NCBI GenBank assembly: GCA_013239625.1
Contig: MU053792.1
Span: 948,112 to 1,012,111, forward strand
Source: Lama guanicoe
Lineage: Eukaryota
Direction: 5' to 3'
DNA: 64,000 nt
Under the pieces are notes generated by a model that was not told the DNA's origin, made no database searches, and saw only the letters and a list, made by a program, of their open reading frames with translations. Position 1 is the stretch's first letter. The number at the start of each line of letters is the position of its first letter. The translations under genes were made by a program, and so were the position numbers. Of this stretch, positions 15,367 through 29,372 are shown piece by piece.

Positions 15367-15495
15367 GGAAGTGTATAGCTCAGTGGTAGAGCTGCATCCT
15401 TAGCATGCATGACGTCCTGGGCTCAATCCCCATTACATCTGTTACAAAATAAATAAATAAAAGTATTAAACCTAATTTCTTCCTCCCCCCAAAAA
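15367..15495 (+). mobile_element. tRNA-Ala-derived SINE of the camelid Vic-1 type
   Basis: A box TAGCTCAGTGG (15376-15386), anticodon-like cttagcatgc, B box ggctcaatcc, then (aaat)n, aaacctaatttcttcctccccccaaaaa tail; homologous to 42863-42995. Confidence 0.85.
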
Positions 15496-18169
15496 GGAAT
15501 TTTGTGCTTGTCACTTAAAGACAGGCTTTTGTATCGGTAGTTTTACATTATTACACACGTGACTTGAAGACACTGATTTTCATTTCGGTGCGGATTTTCG
15601 CCCGTGCCTGTTTTGGCCATCAGTGCAATCATGGAGGCATAAGTGAGGTGGATTGCTATCTCAGGACTTGCACTGTTATCAAACAGTGCATTGATGAGCT
15701 CTTACTGCATCAGTCTTGCTGTGTAAGCTGCTGAAAGCAGGAAGTAATTCACTTCATAACGATGTAAATATCAACTAGAAGGCATGACAGTTTTACGTAT
15801 TTTCTACTCAAAGCAGAAATGGCAGAGTACTTAATTTTGAGAAATTAAAAGGACAGCATATTTTTAAAACTCCAAGAATTATTTTCAGTCCTAAAACAGT
15901 GCTTTAAACAAGATAGTTCCCCATGCATTGAGTTTCACAGTGAAGATGAACAAGTAAATCTGAGATTAATTTTATAATTTTAAAAAATAATGACGTATTA
16001 TCTTTGCTTATTACCTTGAGCATGTGCACTCCTCAAACCTGATCTTTAAGCCCATGTCACAGTTGAGGATGTTAAAAGTCCCATTATCACTGTGTTTATG
16101 AGCTTGCTGGGTCTGCAGAAATGTCCTCATGTTACCCTGACTTCACCAAATTTATGAAGATTATCTTGCCCTCATTGCTTAGCAAGCATCCTCTTACAGT
16201 CAGAAATAAGGTACTGGGACATTATTTCCAGTCCTTTACCTTTTGAATTTCCCCCATCCTACCCCTTTTGCCATATGATTATGACTTTATATAAGCCATA
16301 CCCGTTTAAATCAGAATCGGAATCTCTAAACATTAACGAAGTGACACATCGTGTAAATGTTTTTTTTTCCAGAGTTGCTTTCACCATTCCTCTATCTTCC
16401 ACTGCAAGTCTGTATTCTATAATTTCTATTATATTTATGACCTGCTAAGTTAAGCATAACAACACTATGGATTTCTCTTTCTTCTGGATTTTAAAGGAAT
16501 TCATTTAACTTCTTTTGCACTTAAAGAATATGTAATTCAATATATTTAAACAAATGCAGTAGTAATTTCCCTCACATTAATATTATGCAAATAGACTTCT
16601 ATAAAATATCAGTGGCTTAAGGGTATTTTATTCCTTTAAAAAGGATTCATTTGCCTTAATATTATGTTGTATTCTATATAGTTAAATTAGCTTCATAATT
16701 ACTAGGCCCTAAAAATACTCTTTTTCCATTTTGTTGTGTTAGTTTTCTTTAGCTGTTTCCTGTTCCTCTAATAAGATACAGAATAGTAACTGGAAAATTG
16801 CCAAATAACTAGCATGATCCTCATATTCTTTGAATTTTTCAAAAATATTTCAATTAAAATACACTCAGATTTTATTTCTTCTGTTTGGAGTTTAGTTTAC
16901 ATAGTGAAGCAAGTAATACATATAGGACTCTGTACCTTTTTGCGTGAAACTCTCAAGTCATCAATATATTTTAAAAAATGATTATATACCTAAAAGATGC
17001 TGTTTACCAACACTTTTCTAAATTGAAATCATCAGAATAAATGTTTAAGGACAGTTAGTATCAAGTGATCCAGAGAGTTTATAATTTTCAGAGATTGAAA
17101 CTCATGGTAAAGTGGAAGCGTTCATTCTCTGGAGGAGAACTTCATCATTAGAGATGGAATGACTGAGGCTGGGCGATATGGCTCCCCGAGTGGATGTCAC
17201 GGTTGCGGGTTCTGAATCTAGCTACTCTTCTGTCCGAACCACATGGAATTTTGCAATTGAATTAGAGCTGGCATAAAATTTCCTAACATGGGGACTTCTA
17301 TAGCCGGAAGTAAACTGTCATTACCTGAACACACATACACAGACATATCAGAATCTCTATTTTATGAGATATTTTTAAGTGTTAATAACATAAAAACAAT
17401 GCATACGACACTACTGGGTATCTATTTCCCTTCTGATATTTATCACCATTTAAATATACATAACATAAAATATCTGGGCCTTTTCTTTTTTTGGTGTTCA
17501 AGTATGCAATCTCTTATTTTGTGAGCTTACTATATAGCTTTATTTATTACTAAATTTCCATCTTATGAAGCCAAAATCTTGAAGACCACTTTTATCAGTT
17601 TCTTTGTCCACCTGAGTACTTTGCTTTTGCCCAAAAACACATATTCTTAAGTTTGCTATTCAAGTACTTTGCTGATCATTGAAGATCGGCTTCTTGTTGG
17701 AGTCTGTCTTCTGGTCAGTAAAGCAAGGGCAGCATAAACAGATATGCATACTACTCAGGATCTGGCCTCATGTATGGATTAAAGTTTGAATGAAGTCTCC
17801 ATCACTTTTTATTTGGATTCTGATGCAAAATTGCCACACACGCTATTGAACAAAAGCAGTTGCACCAGATGAAAGCCTACATGCATGACTGCATTACCAA
17901 ACACCAAACAGGACTCCGGCTTTTCTGTTCTATTAAATATATCCTTTGGGGCACGAGTTCATTTGGAGATATTTTCATGTGAAAAACATGTGGATGAAAA
18001 AAATCTAATATGACTACAGATACCTGCAAAAGGAATCAGCTAAATTAAGCAGGGGAAGTAATACAGATAGAGCCCAGATAGACAAAAGTGAATTTCTTGG
18101 CTGAAGTCAGGAGATTAGAAAAACGAACTGTCCAAAATATAAATTAGGAAAACCGGAATCAATTCTCTT

Positions 18170-18235
18170 TAAAGTTTAATATATGTTAAACTTTAATATA
18201 TATATATGTGTGTTAACTTTATATATATATATATG
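18170..18235. repeat. (TA)n-rich microsatellite with a 10-bp inverted repeat
   Basis: taaagtttaa-tatatg-ttaaacttta (18170-18195) followed by two (TA)n runs. Confidence 0.7.
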
Positions 18236-18768
18236 GAGATTTTGTTAGGAAAATTCTAAAAGTGTTTTGGTGGACCTAGAGTTTGATTCTTGCTTAATGG
18301 ATACTTGGTTTGTAAACCACGACAGATTTCTCCTTCCCGTTTGGTGACCAACTACCAGCTTGGCAGGGACTGCAAGTTTTGTGCGTATCTTTTTTAGAAT
18401 GGTTTTCGTTAAAACTTTGAGGCGTGAAAAAATATGAAAATAAAACAATATAACAGGTCTCCTTATTTGCTATAATTCAGTACCACTCTCTTTATGGCAG
18501 TTCACATTTTATAATAATAATATAGTCTTCTTTAAACAATAGAGCAGGGAAGTTAGGATGACAAAAGGTACCAGCTTTTTCAAGTACCACTTTTGAATGT
18601 CTTTGATATCAGGGATTTTCTTAAACAGTTGTAAGAGGCAGCTTTCTCACTGAAAAAGAATAATGTTCCTATGTCAGATTGGAATTAGAGGGTAATGTAA
18701 AAAGGCTCTTGAGCCTTCTCTCAGTTCAGCCAATATTAACATCTTGTTCCCTTCTTTCCTGTATTTAA

Positions 18769-19097
<329 letters not shown>

Positions 19098-22000
19098 TCC
19101 CTGAGAGAACTGTTTTGTTTTGTGTGTGAACATGGTATGTTTGTTTGTTTTTCTTTTTCTCCATTTCATGGTTTTTTTTTTTTTTGGTCAACAATCAGGT
19201 AATTTTTTTTTAATTTTTAGGATACTTAATTATAATTGACCTATATCTTTTAAGGCCATATAAAAACCAAACTGGTTGAACACTAGCTGCTTCCGGTAGG
19301 CCTAAAACATGGGTAGCATACGCTTCTATATCTCATCAACTTTTTTTGGCCACTAAAATGCACACTCTCATTTTGTCAGTAATAAGTCTACATTTTATCT
19401 TTTTTTTTCAGAAAATTATGCCTACCTGCTAGTTTCTGAGTAAGAAAAATGATCAATTTCTTCCAAATGCTTTTTTTTTCCATTTCAATGTTTCATTTAT
19501 TACGGAATCATTAACTTTTAGATAATCCTGATGTATTGATGCTAACTTTGTAAATCACATCTATTTATAAATGCAATTCTCATCAGAGGGGACACTGGGC
19601 TCTGATTTTATGGGGCTTACTCAAGTCACACTCTCACTGGTTGCAAAGGGAGTGTGGTGTAAGTAAGATCTGTAAAACCAGACCAGTAAGAAAAGAATCC
19701 AGAATCGTTCACATGTAGGCTCCTAAAAATGTGACGCATGAGCAAAGCATCACCCATGTGGTTAACAGTCCACATGTGTTCAAAGTGAGACTTTAATTCT
19801 CAAGGAAATGTTGGTAAAATCTGCCCTTTGCACAAACTTGGTCCTGGACATAGAGAATTCACATATTTATGTCCAGGAGGCAGAATTTCCTATTTTCCTT
19901 AAGTAATAAAGACTACTGTTGAAAAGCCGGGGTCCAAAGCGACAACTGACAAATTACTCTGGTCTCAGTGCTGCTTAGGAGAGATTCACACAAAACGCAG
20001 ATTCAAGAAGAAATCAGCATCTTTGCTAAAGGACTTAACCAAGAACCTGGTCTTGGAAAAATGATGTTTCTGGTAAGCCTCTGACAAAACGAAGGTAATG
20101 AGAACTGTCCTATTGCCTAATAAGAGTGAAGACAATATAAAAAGTATATGATTGTTTTCAAAAAGGGAAGTGCAGTGTACTTGGAGCATGTGTGTTGGGT
20201 TGGGCAAGAGCTGAGGCAGGTGTAAGGAGCAAATCCAGCGCTGAACAGGTTGTGTTAAACCAGCATTTTGTGTTTGCAAACAACACTATAATACTTAGAG
20301 AGGGGTTTCATGGTTCAAAGGGGACAATTTTTAAAGAAGACAGAAAATAAGCCAGTAAGGACAAAAATTGGGGTATGGATGTTGGCAATTATGACGTCAG
20401 GTTTATTTGAACACACTTCCCATATGAAACTGGAGAAATGTGCACGGAGAAAGCCAAACAGATAAATTATCCGGGATAAAATTCTGCCCGAAAAGATTTC
20501 AGCCATTCAGAAACTTAAAGTAGCATCAGGGTATTTGGTCTTTAGAGGTCTTTATATTTTATATGATGCAATATGAGAAATATGTGATTTCATTGAGGCC
20601 ATTGGCAAAGAAATAGTAGCTGTAAGAAATGGTAGTTATAAGAGCACCTTAGTGTAAATAATTTAAAAGAAATAGGAGGGGAGAAAGCAATGGCTGATTT
20701 GTAGATCAGTGTTCAGACCATTGATTACATTCACAGGATGCAGCATTTGCTCTTAATTAATTCTCTGTGGAGGTAGCTTGCCTTGTCCTCTGTCTTGTGT
20801 CTACTGATAAAGTCAAGTTCCAGGGACTGAATTTGGCCCTCAGATACGGGCGCGCCTGGCTCCCATTGATGGCAAGAACGTTCCCTCTTAAATGTGCCAC
20901 TTTGTCAAATCCACACTACAGGGATTGTTCAGGGGGACGCTGAAGGGCTTCATCTGTCCAGAACTGTATAATTATCAGCTATTGGCTTCCCCCTCTTTTC
21001 CTGTCCTTTCCTGGATCTTGTTAATGAGGCAATTGTTAAACCCAGCTTCCTGGGTGAAGAGTTTGTTTATGTGCTTTGTTTTATGCAAGCCACAATTTCC
21101 TGAGCAAGCTGGCCCCTGCATGCCAAAACCACAGTCACTTTGTCCTGTCTCGGAGACACTGAAGGCTAACCAGCATTCACCTTACCCCCATCTCCTCACT
21201 CCCCCACCCCCAGCCCAACTAAGCAGGAGGCTCTTAAGCTCAAATTCTAATTCTTATTCAACTAGTAACCTTCTGTTTCAAAAGAGGCAAACTAATACAG
21301 AGATGGGCAAACAGGCACCTTCTGTACAAATGATGAAATTCAAAATAATTGCAATCATCAGAGCAAGATCCAGAGGGCATACCTCTATCAAAAGTATCTT
21401 TGAAAGCTTCTTGCTTTATTTGTTCTGTGGAGATTGTCTGTTTTCCTGTAAGATCTGTCTTTTTGAACCAGGGTTTGAGGTTCACAGTTCTGCATACAGT
21501 GAGACTGCTCTTTTTCATTGTCTTTATTTATGGCTTTCTTACAAACTGCTGCCATTTTGATTCATTGGGCAACATGAGACTTTAAGGAAAGGAAAGCAAT
21601 CTTCCTTCTAGATAAATATAAACAGGAATGCAAATAACTAGCAATCTTTTGTTGATCTAGGGAGTTTTAAATTTCCAGATCTTGCTGTTTGGTCAAAATG
21701 CTCCAGAATGAACTGTCACAGAAAAGAGGAAGTGTATGTTCTATAATCAAGATGGAAAGTTAGGGCTTGGGTCTTTAATGGAGACTAAAACGCACGCAGT
21801 CAGGATCAGCACAGGGAAAGCGTACCTGTGACTGATGTCAGACATACGACAGCGGTGATGACTGGTACCCGTCTTTATGGCACATGCAGGACTCTGTTGT
21901 TCAAAGAGACTTTGTTTCAGACTAGAGTTTGCTAGGCACACAGTGAGATGTTAAAAACCATCTGGCTAGCACTAACAGGTACAGAGGCCAATAAGCATGC

Positions 22001-22614
22001 TCAGAAGTCATTGGTTTACTGTCATTTGACATCGATCCTCCAGTTTGTAAGTGATAGAATGATGCCAGGTACGTTGAGGTTGTTAAACTTAGAATCTATT
22101 AGTTCTAACATTAAACAGGAAGGCAATTATAGCTAAATGTACTTACAAACTGTAAATATCAGTGAGTGAAAGAACTTAAATCTTACTGGCATGGTTATTC
22201 ATTTTTCTAAGTTACCTTCTAAAGAAAACTTCCAGGTATTCCTGTGAGATAAAAAGGTAACATCTTTTATATTATCTCTGAACCATCTCCCTACTTTGAT
22301 ACTGCTCCTGAATCCCCTTTCCACCTGTACAGAGCTGTTTATACCGTTATCAGGGTCATGAGCTTCCTGCTCATCCCTTCTCCAGGACCCTTGGCAATCC
22401 AAAGCACTTGTAAAAGCCTGCACTGGCTGAGAAATTTTTTAAGGTGGTTTAAAATAGACACTTTAGATAGCACAGCAATGGAATGCAAAGTTTAGATGAG
22501 AGGAGAAATGTATTTATTTTGACTATACCAGCAATGATATCAACTGTACTAAAGAATTTTACTACAATGGTATAGTTACAGAGTTGCATATTTATAGAAT
22601 AGTACATGTCCTTA

Positions 22615-22880
22615 CACTATAGTATCTATTATATAGTAATTATTATATATTACTATAGTCATTCTATAGTATTATATAGTACTATATATAGTATTATATC
22701 ATATCTATTATATCATAATTATTATATATTACTATAGTCATGCTATAGTATTATACAGGATTTATTATATAGTAATTATTATATATTACCATAGTCATAC
22801 TGTAGTATTATATAGTATTACACAGGATTTATTATATAGTATTCATTATATAGTATAGTATAGTATTTATATTATAACAT
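22615..22880. repeat. AT-rich minisatellite, about three copies of a ~50-bp unit plus partial copies
   Basis: Unit tattatatagtaattattatatattactatagtcatNctatagtattata recurs near 22627, 22706 and 22763, with caggatttattatatagt spacers. Confidence 0.85.
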
Positions 22881-25773
22881 ATACTTTACTATCAAAATAA
22901 TGCTTTCTTTACTGCATTATCTATATTACACTAGTTACTATACTCTCAATTTTACCATGCAATAAATGAAACATAAATATCGTTCAGAGCACATCATAAT
23001 TTAGGTAATACAGATTTACTGACTATTAAATTGTTGTTAGATGAGAAATACCCCTTTTAAAGATATTCGTGATGGCTAGTATCTGTAAGTACCTCCAGGG
23101 AACAAAGCAGAGGCTCATACCTTCAGAATTCTCCTGGCCTGTGTAAGGATTTGTATACTTGGCCCTCATGTTTGAAGCCAAGTTCAAAAATCCATCTCCT
23201 CTACTCTCATTATTCAATAATGATAATCACCATTCAAATTTTGCCTTCTCTAAAAATGTTTGTGGAACTATGCCTAAAGCAAGACAAATGCTCAGTTGCA
23301 GGGAAAATTTAGAAGGAAACAAACTTTCAAGGGAAAGCAATTCCAAAAGAATTTGATCAGTGGTTGAAATCTGGAACAAACAGTGAGGCCCAGTTGGACA
23401 AGCTGATGCCCAGTAACAGGACCCCGTGGCAGCAGGAGCTGATGCTCTGAAACTAGACACATCATGCTCGGCTTACAGCAGGCTCAGCGCCCCACAGCAA
23501 CATGTGGCAGGGGGAGGAAGCACTAGGGATGGGGATTCAGGTAGCACAGCCTCCTTGGACTTTTCTATCAGTGTTTAAACACAATCACTGGCCTCAGAGG
23601 ACACTTGGCTCAAGTCTAAATCTATATCAGGGGAGGTGTTCTCTGTAGGCCAAATTATGTTTCTTCCACTTTGGTGAATTAGTTAGGGCAGGTGTATTAA
23701 ATTTAAATTCATGTGGGATTATATATTATAGCTAAGGGATCACTTTGTATGTAAAATTTGTGAGATATATTTAGTCATCCGCTCAGGAATACTCGGAAAG
23801 TTTAGAAAGAAGGAGTTTGCTGGATGTTGTGTGTGAGAATAAAGTTGTAGACTATTTTTGGTGTTAGTGACAAGTCAAAGGTTAGTACTTAATATAGACA
23901 CTGGTAAATGGACAGAAGTTTAAAGCTCAGCACTTACATTAACAGCACTTGGCCTCAAGCAAATATACTTTTAACTTGTTTTCTGGAAATGAGTTTTAGT
24001 AGATTAGTACACAAATATTTTTCTTTAACTATTATGGAAAGAGATTTGTTTTCATTTATGGGTATCCTTCATTTTTCTTGGTGCCATATTGAAAGATGCT
24101 ACAGATAAGCTTTTTTTTAATTTTTCATTTAGCTCTTACTTATGATTAAAAGATGATTAAAATTATACCTCCCCATGAAGAAGAAAAAAATGCCTATTTT
24201 TCGGTATTTGTTAAGATTCATCAGGCATTATACATTGTCCGTTCTCCCCTACTTAAAAAAAAATCTGATATGATTTGCCTTTATTCATTTGCTAATTTAT
24301 TGAACAGATGGTTGCTGGGTTCCAACTGACAACTTACTGGATACTTTCCGAGTTGTTCACTCTCAGGATGGTTTGTGGCTGCCCTAGGTAGCACCACTGG
24401 GAAGTTTCTAAATTCAGTGTTTAGCTGTGTACTCCTTCTCAATAACTTGCCTGAGAAAAATGGGTAATTTTTAGCCATTTTAGTTTATACCAGTTCAAAG
24501 AGAATTAAATTCATCAAGATAGAACAGCTACCAAAGAAGTTTAACAGTTGAAGCTTCGCGACCTGATTTAACAAGAGATCTAAGACCAGATCTCAATTTT
24601 GACAAGTTTTACAAAAAGCCAGAATTCCAAACTGCTGTTCTTTAGTCCTGACACAGTTGTCTCATAAACAAATTCTATAAGGATGAAAAATCCCCGGAAA
24701 GAATATTTATATCTTACAAAATTTCAGTTAATTAAGTTGCAACACACAGCTAATGTGAGTGTAGAAGCTATAGCCAACCAAGTCAAGAAACCTTGACCTA
24801 CACATGCCAAGTGTGTTTAAGAAATATAAAGTTGTATCTAAGGCCCGAGTTCATAATCTGATACGTAATACATGTGCTGTGGGTGCACTTACCCCTACAT
24901 CAGCAGTGTATTTCAGTGTGTTGCCTCTGGGTATATGTTCAGTAGCTGGACGGGTCCCATACTGTGTCACTAATCTTCACAGACCCCCTCACTGTAAGGG
25001 TTCGTTTCCAGAAACGATCGCAGGCCTAGGGCTCAGATTAAAAATGGAACATGAAGGAACAGCAAAGCAAGTGAACAGGTGCTCTGTGTTTGGGGTCCCC
25101 CTTTCGCTGGTGCTAGGTCGAAGCCCAGGTGTGAGTTCTCCAGAACTGCAGCTAAAAGCCAGGGCTGCAGGGAAGACATGCCGCCTGAGGACACTGGCAG
25201 TGCTGAAACCTAGAAAGAGGCACAACTGAAATACCTTAGTAAGAAGATGAAAGTCCAGGTAGTCAAAGCAAAGGGTCTGAAAAAATCTCCAAAACAAAAT
25301 GATTGGAGTCAAAAGGGAAGAGATGGAAAGGGAATGTCTAGAGCCAGGAGTCCTAGAGCTGGGAAACACCAAGATCAGCAGACAGCAGGGCAACCAGGGC
25401 TGCTGCTTCTGCTTTTGTGTTGAGCAAAATATGTTGGTGCGGCACAAGGCGTGAGTGTGCTGATCACATTTAAAGACTCTGCAGAAGGACAAACCAGAGA
25501 AATTATTCATGTGAGAGGTTCTCAAACTCCCCCAGCCCTGCCCGCAGGCGTGAGTTGAGAAGGTGTGCAGCCATAAGAAGACTTTAGAAGACTTTACTCC
25601 CCTGACAGGAAAGGGCACTAAAAAATCTCCAGGCTGTCACCATGATGTTATACTCCGATCAAAGATAAAGACATAGTGCGTGCATGGAGTTCATGTGCAG
25701 AGGACAGAGCTTGCCCGCCCTCAGAAGTAGCCAAATAGATATGAATGTATCAAACATCCGCGCTATTCCTTTT

Positions 25774-28700
25774 CCTTTATTTTTAGGGTTTTGCTTTGTT
25801 TTGTTTGCTTTATTGAGGTACAGTCAGTTTACAATGTTGTGTGAGTTTCTGGTGTACAGCACAATGCTTCAGTCATACATGAACATACATATATTCCTTT
25901 TCCTATTCTTTTACATTATAGGTTCCTATAAGATATCAAATGTAGTTCCCTGTGCTATACAGTAGAAACTTATCTATTTTATATATATGACTCAGTATCT
26001 GCAAATCTCAAATTTCCTAATTTATCCCTTCCCACCTCCCTCCCCCTTGGTAGCCATAAGTTTGTTTTCTATGTCTGTGAGTCTTTTTCTCTTTTATATG
26101 TAAGTTCATTTGTCTATTTTTTTTAGATTCCACAAATGAGTGATCTCACACTGTATTTTTCTTTCTAGTTTACTTCACTTAGAATGACACTCTCCAGAGC
26201 CATCCATTTTGCTGCATTATTTTATTATTTTTATTATTTTTTAGGCTGAGAGGTATTCCATTGTATACATACACCACAACTTCTTTATCCAGTCATCTAT
26301 CAATGGACATTTAGGTTGCTTCCATGTGTTGGCTATTATAAATAGTGCTGCTATGAACATTGGGATGCAGGTGTCTTTTTGAATTAAGGATCCCTCTGGA
26401 TATATGCCCAGGAGTGGGATTGCTGGATCATATGATAAATCTATTTTCACTTTTTTGATGAATCTCCATACTGTTTTCCACAGCGGCTACACCAAACTGT
26501 GCAGGAGGGTGCTCTTTTCTCCACACCCTCTCCAGCATTTATCATTTGTAGAATTTTGAATGATGACCATTCTGACTGGTGTGAGGTGATACCTCATTGT
26601 AGTTGTGATTTGCATTTCTCTGATAATTAGTGATATTGAACATTTTTTCATGTGCTTTTTGATCATTTGTATGTCTTCCTTGGAGAATTGCTTGTTTAGG
26701 TCTTCTGCCCATTTTTGGATTGGGTTGTTTGTTTTTCTCTTATGAAGTCATATGAGCTGTTTTTATATTTTCAAAATCAAACCCTTGTCAGTCTCATCTT
26801 TTGCAAATATTTTCTCCCATTCCATATGTTGTCATTTTGTTTTGCACATGGTTTCCTTTGGCATATGGTTTCCTTTGCTGTGCAAAACCTTGTAAATTTA
26901 ATTAGGTCCCATTTGTTTATTCTTGATTTTATTTCTGTTGCTTGGGTACAGTACCCTAGGAGAACATTTTTGAGATGTATGTGAGATCATGTTTTGCCTG
27001 TTTCCTTCTAGGAGGTTTACTGTATCTTGTCTTATGTTTTAAGTCTTTAAACCATTTTGAGTTTATTTTTGTGCATGATGTGAGGGAATATTTTAACTTC
27101 ATTGATTTACATGCAGCTGTCCATTTCTTCCAACATAGTTTGCTGAAGAGACTGTCTTTACTCCATTGTATGTTCTTGCCTCCTTTGACAAAGATTAATT
27201 GACCAGAATTTTGTGGGTTCATTTCTTTGCTCTCTAATCTGTTCCATTGATCCATATGTTTGTTTTTGTACCAATACCATGCTGTTTTGATTACTGTAGT
27301 TCTATAGTATTGTCTGAAGTCCAGAAAAGTTATTAAAAGTTATTACAGCTTCTTTTTTTTTTTCTTCAGTAATGCTTTGGCAATTCTAGGTCTTTTGTGA
27401 TTCCATATAAATTTTATTATGATTTGTTCTAGTTCTCTGCAGAATGTCCTGGGTAATTTGATAGGGATTGCATTAAATCTGCAGATTGACTTGGGCAGTA
27501 TGCCCATTTTAAAAATATTGATTCTTCCAATCCAGGAGCATGGGATACCTTTCCATTTCAGTAAGTCTTCTTAATTTCCTTAATCAATGTTTTATAGTTC
27601 TCCATATATAAGTCTTTCACCTCCTTGGTCAGATTTATTTCTAGGTATTTTATTGCTTTGGATACTATTTTAAAAAGGATTGTTTCTTTACTTTCTTTTA
27701 CTGTTGATTCATCATTAGTGTAAAGAAGTGTAACTGATTTTTGTACGTTAATCTTCTATCCTGGTACCTTGCCAAATTCTTTTATTAGCTCTAGTAGTTT
27801 TTGTGTGGCTCTTTTAGGGTTTTCTATATAAAGTATCATGTGGTCTGCTTATAGTGACAATTTTACCTCTTCTTTTCCAACTTGGATCCATTTTATTTCT
27901 TTTTCTTGCCTGATTGCTGTGGCCAGGACTTCCAAGACTATGTTGAATCGAAGAGGTGAGAGTGGACAACTTTGTCTTGTCCCAGATTTTAGTGGGAAGG
28001 TTTTCAGTTTTTCAACATTGAGTACTATGCTGGCTGTAGGTTTGTCATAAGCAGCTTTTATTATGTTGAGATATGTTCCCTCTATCCCCACTTTGGTAAG
28101 GGTTTTTATCCTAAACGGGTGTTGGATTTTATCAAATGCTTTTTCTGCATCTATTGAGATGATCATGTGGTTTTCGCCTTTCTTTTGTGGTTGTGGTGTC
28201 TCATGTTGATTGATTTGTGTATGTTGAACCATCCTTGTGTTCCTGAGATGAACTCAATTTGATCATGGTGTATGATTTTTTTTATATGCTGCTGGATTCT
28301 GTTTGCTAATATTTTGTGAGCATTTCTGCATCTATGTTCATCAGTGATATTTTTCTTTTCTATAATTTTCTTTCTATAATTTTCTTTTTTGGTAGTGTCT
28401 TTGTCTGGTTTTGGTATCAGGGTGATTGTGGTTTCATAGAATGAGTTTGGGAGTATTCCTTCCTTTTCAATCTTTTGGATGAGTTTGAGAAGGACTGGTA
28501 TGAGTTCTTCTTTGTTTGTTTGATAGAATTTCCCAGTGAAGCCATCCAGTTCTGGACGTTTGTTTGCAGGGAGGTTTTTTAATTGCTAATTCTATTTCAT
28601 TTCTAGTGATTGGTTTGTTCAATTGGTCAATTTCTTGTTGATTCAGTCTTGGTGAACTGTATGTTTCCAGAAACTTGTCCATTTCTTCTAGGTTCACTGA

Positions 28701-29372
28701 TTTGCTTCCAAATAGTTGTTCATAGTATTCTTGTATGATATTTTGTATTTGTGTAGTATTGGTTATAATTTTTCCATTTTCCTTTTTTAATTTGTTTATT
28801 TATGCTGTCTCTTCTCTTCTTGGTGAGCCTGGCCAGAGGTTTGTCAATTTTGTTTACTCTTTCAAAAAAAACCAGCTCTTGATTTGATTTATTTTTTCTG
28901 GTTTTTTTTTAATCTCTATTTATTTCCTCCCTGATCTTTATTATTCCCTTCCTTTTGCTGACTTTTGGTTTTGTTTGCTCTTCTTTTTCTAATTCTGTTA
29001 GCTGGTAGGTTAGATTGTTTATTTGTGATTTTTCTTCTTATTTGAGGAAGACCTGTATTTTTAAGAAATTCCCTCTTAGGACTGCTTTTGCTGCATCCCA
29101 TAGATTTTGTGTGGTTGTGTTTTCATTGTCATTTGTCTCAAAGTATTTTTTAATTTCTTCTTTGATTTCATCGTTGACCCATTGATTTTTTTAGTAGAAT
29201 GTTGTTTTATCTCCATGCTTTCCTTTTTTTCTCCTTTGTTTTTCTTTAGCTGATTTCTATTTTTATAACATCATGGTCTGAAAAGATGCTTGAAATAATT
29301 TCTACCTTCTTAAATTTGTGGAGGCTTCTTTTGTGCCCAGGTACATGATCTATCCTAGAAAATGTTCCATGT
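25774..29372 (-). mobile_element. 5'-truncated, inactive LINE-1 (ORF2 from end of endonuclease through RT and C-terminal domain, 3' UTR, decayed poly-A)
   Basis: Minus-strand ORF2 fragments: HGTFSRIDHV and EIISSIFSDH (endonuclease end, ~29270-29372), [20 protein letters not shown] and [10 protein letters not shown] (RT), [12 protein letters not shown] (C-term); T-rich tail at ~25775-25812; degenerate TSD gcgctattcctttt / gtgctattctcttt. Confidence 0.95.

Noticed and set aside
15367..15440. Possible tRNA-Ala gene (also 42863-42935)
   Set aside because: Stems are mispaired and the sequence continues into a SINE-specific tail; these are SINE heads.
20892..21560. 222-aa plus-strand ORF
   Set aside because: Low-complexity Leu/Ser/Phe/Cys-rich translation with no recognisable family and no fit to GluA4 exon structure.
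22615..22880. Repeat-spacer pattern suggestive of a CRISPR array
   Set aside because: Mammalian intron, low-complexity units, no unique spacers and no cas genes.
24804..25618. 141-aa and 209-aa overlapping ORFs
   Set aside because: No recognisable homology; region looks like decayed old repeat sequence.
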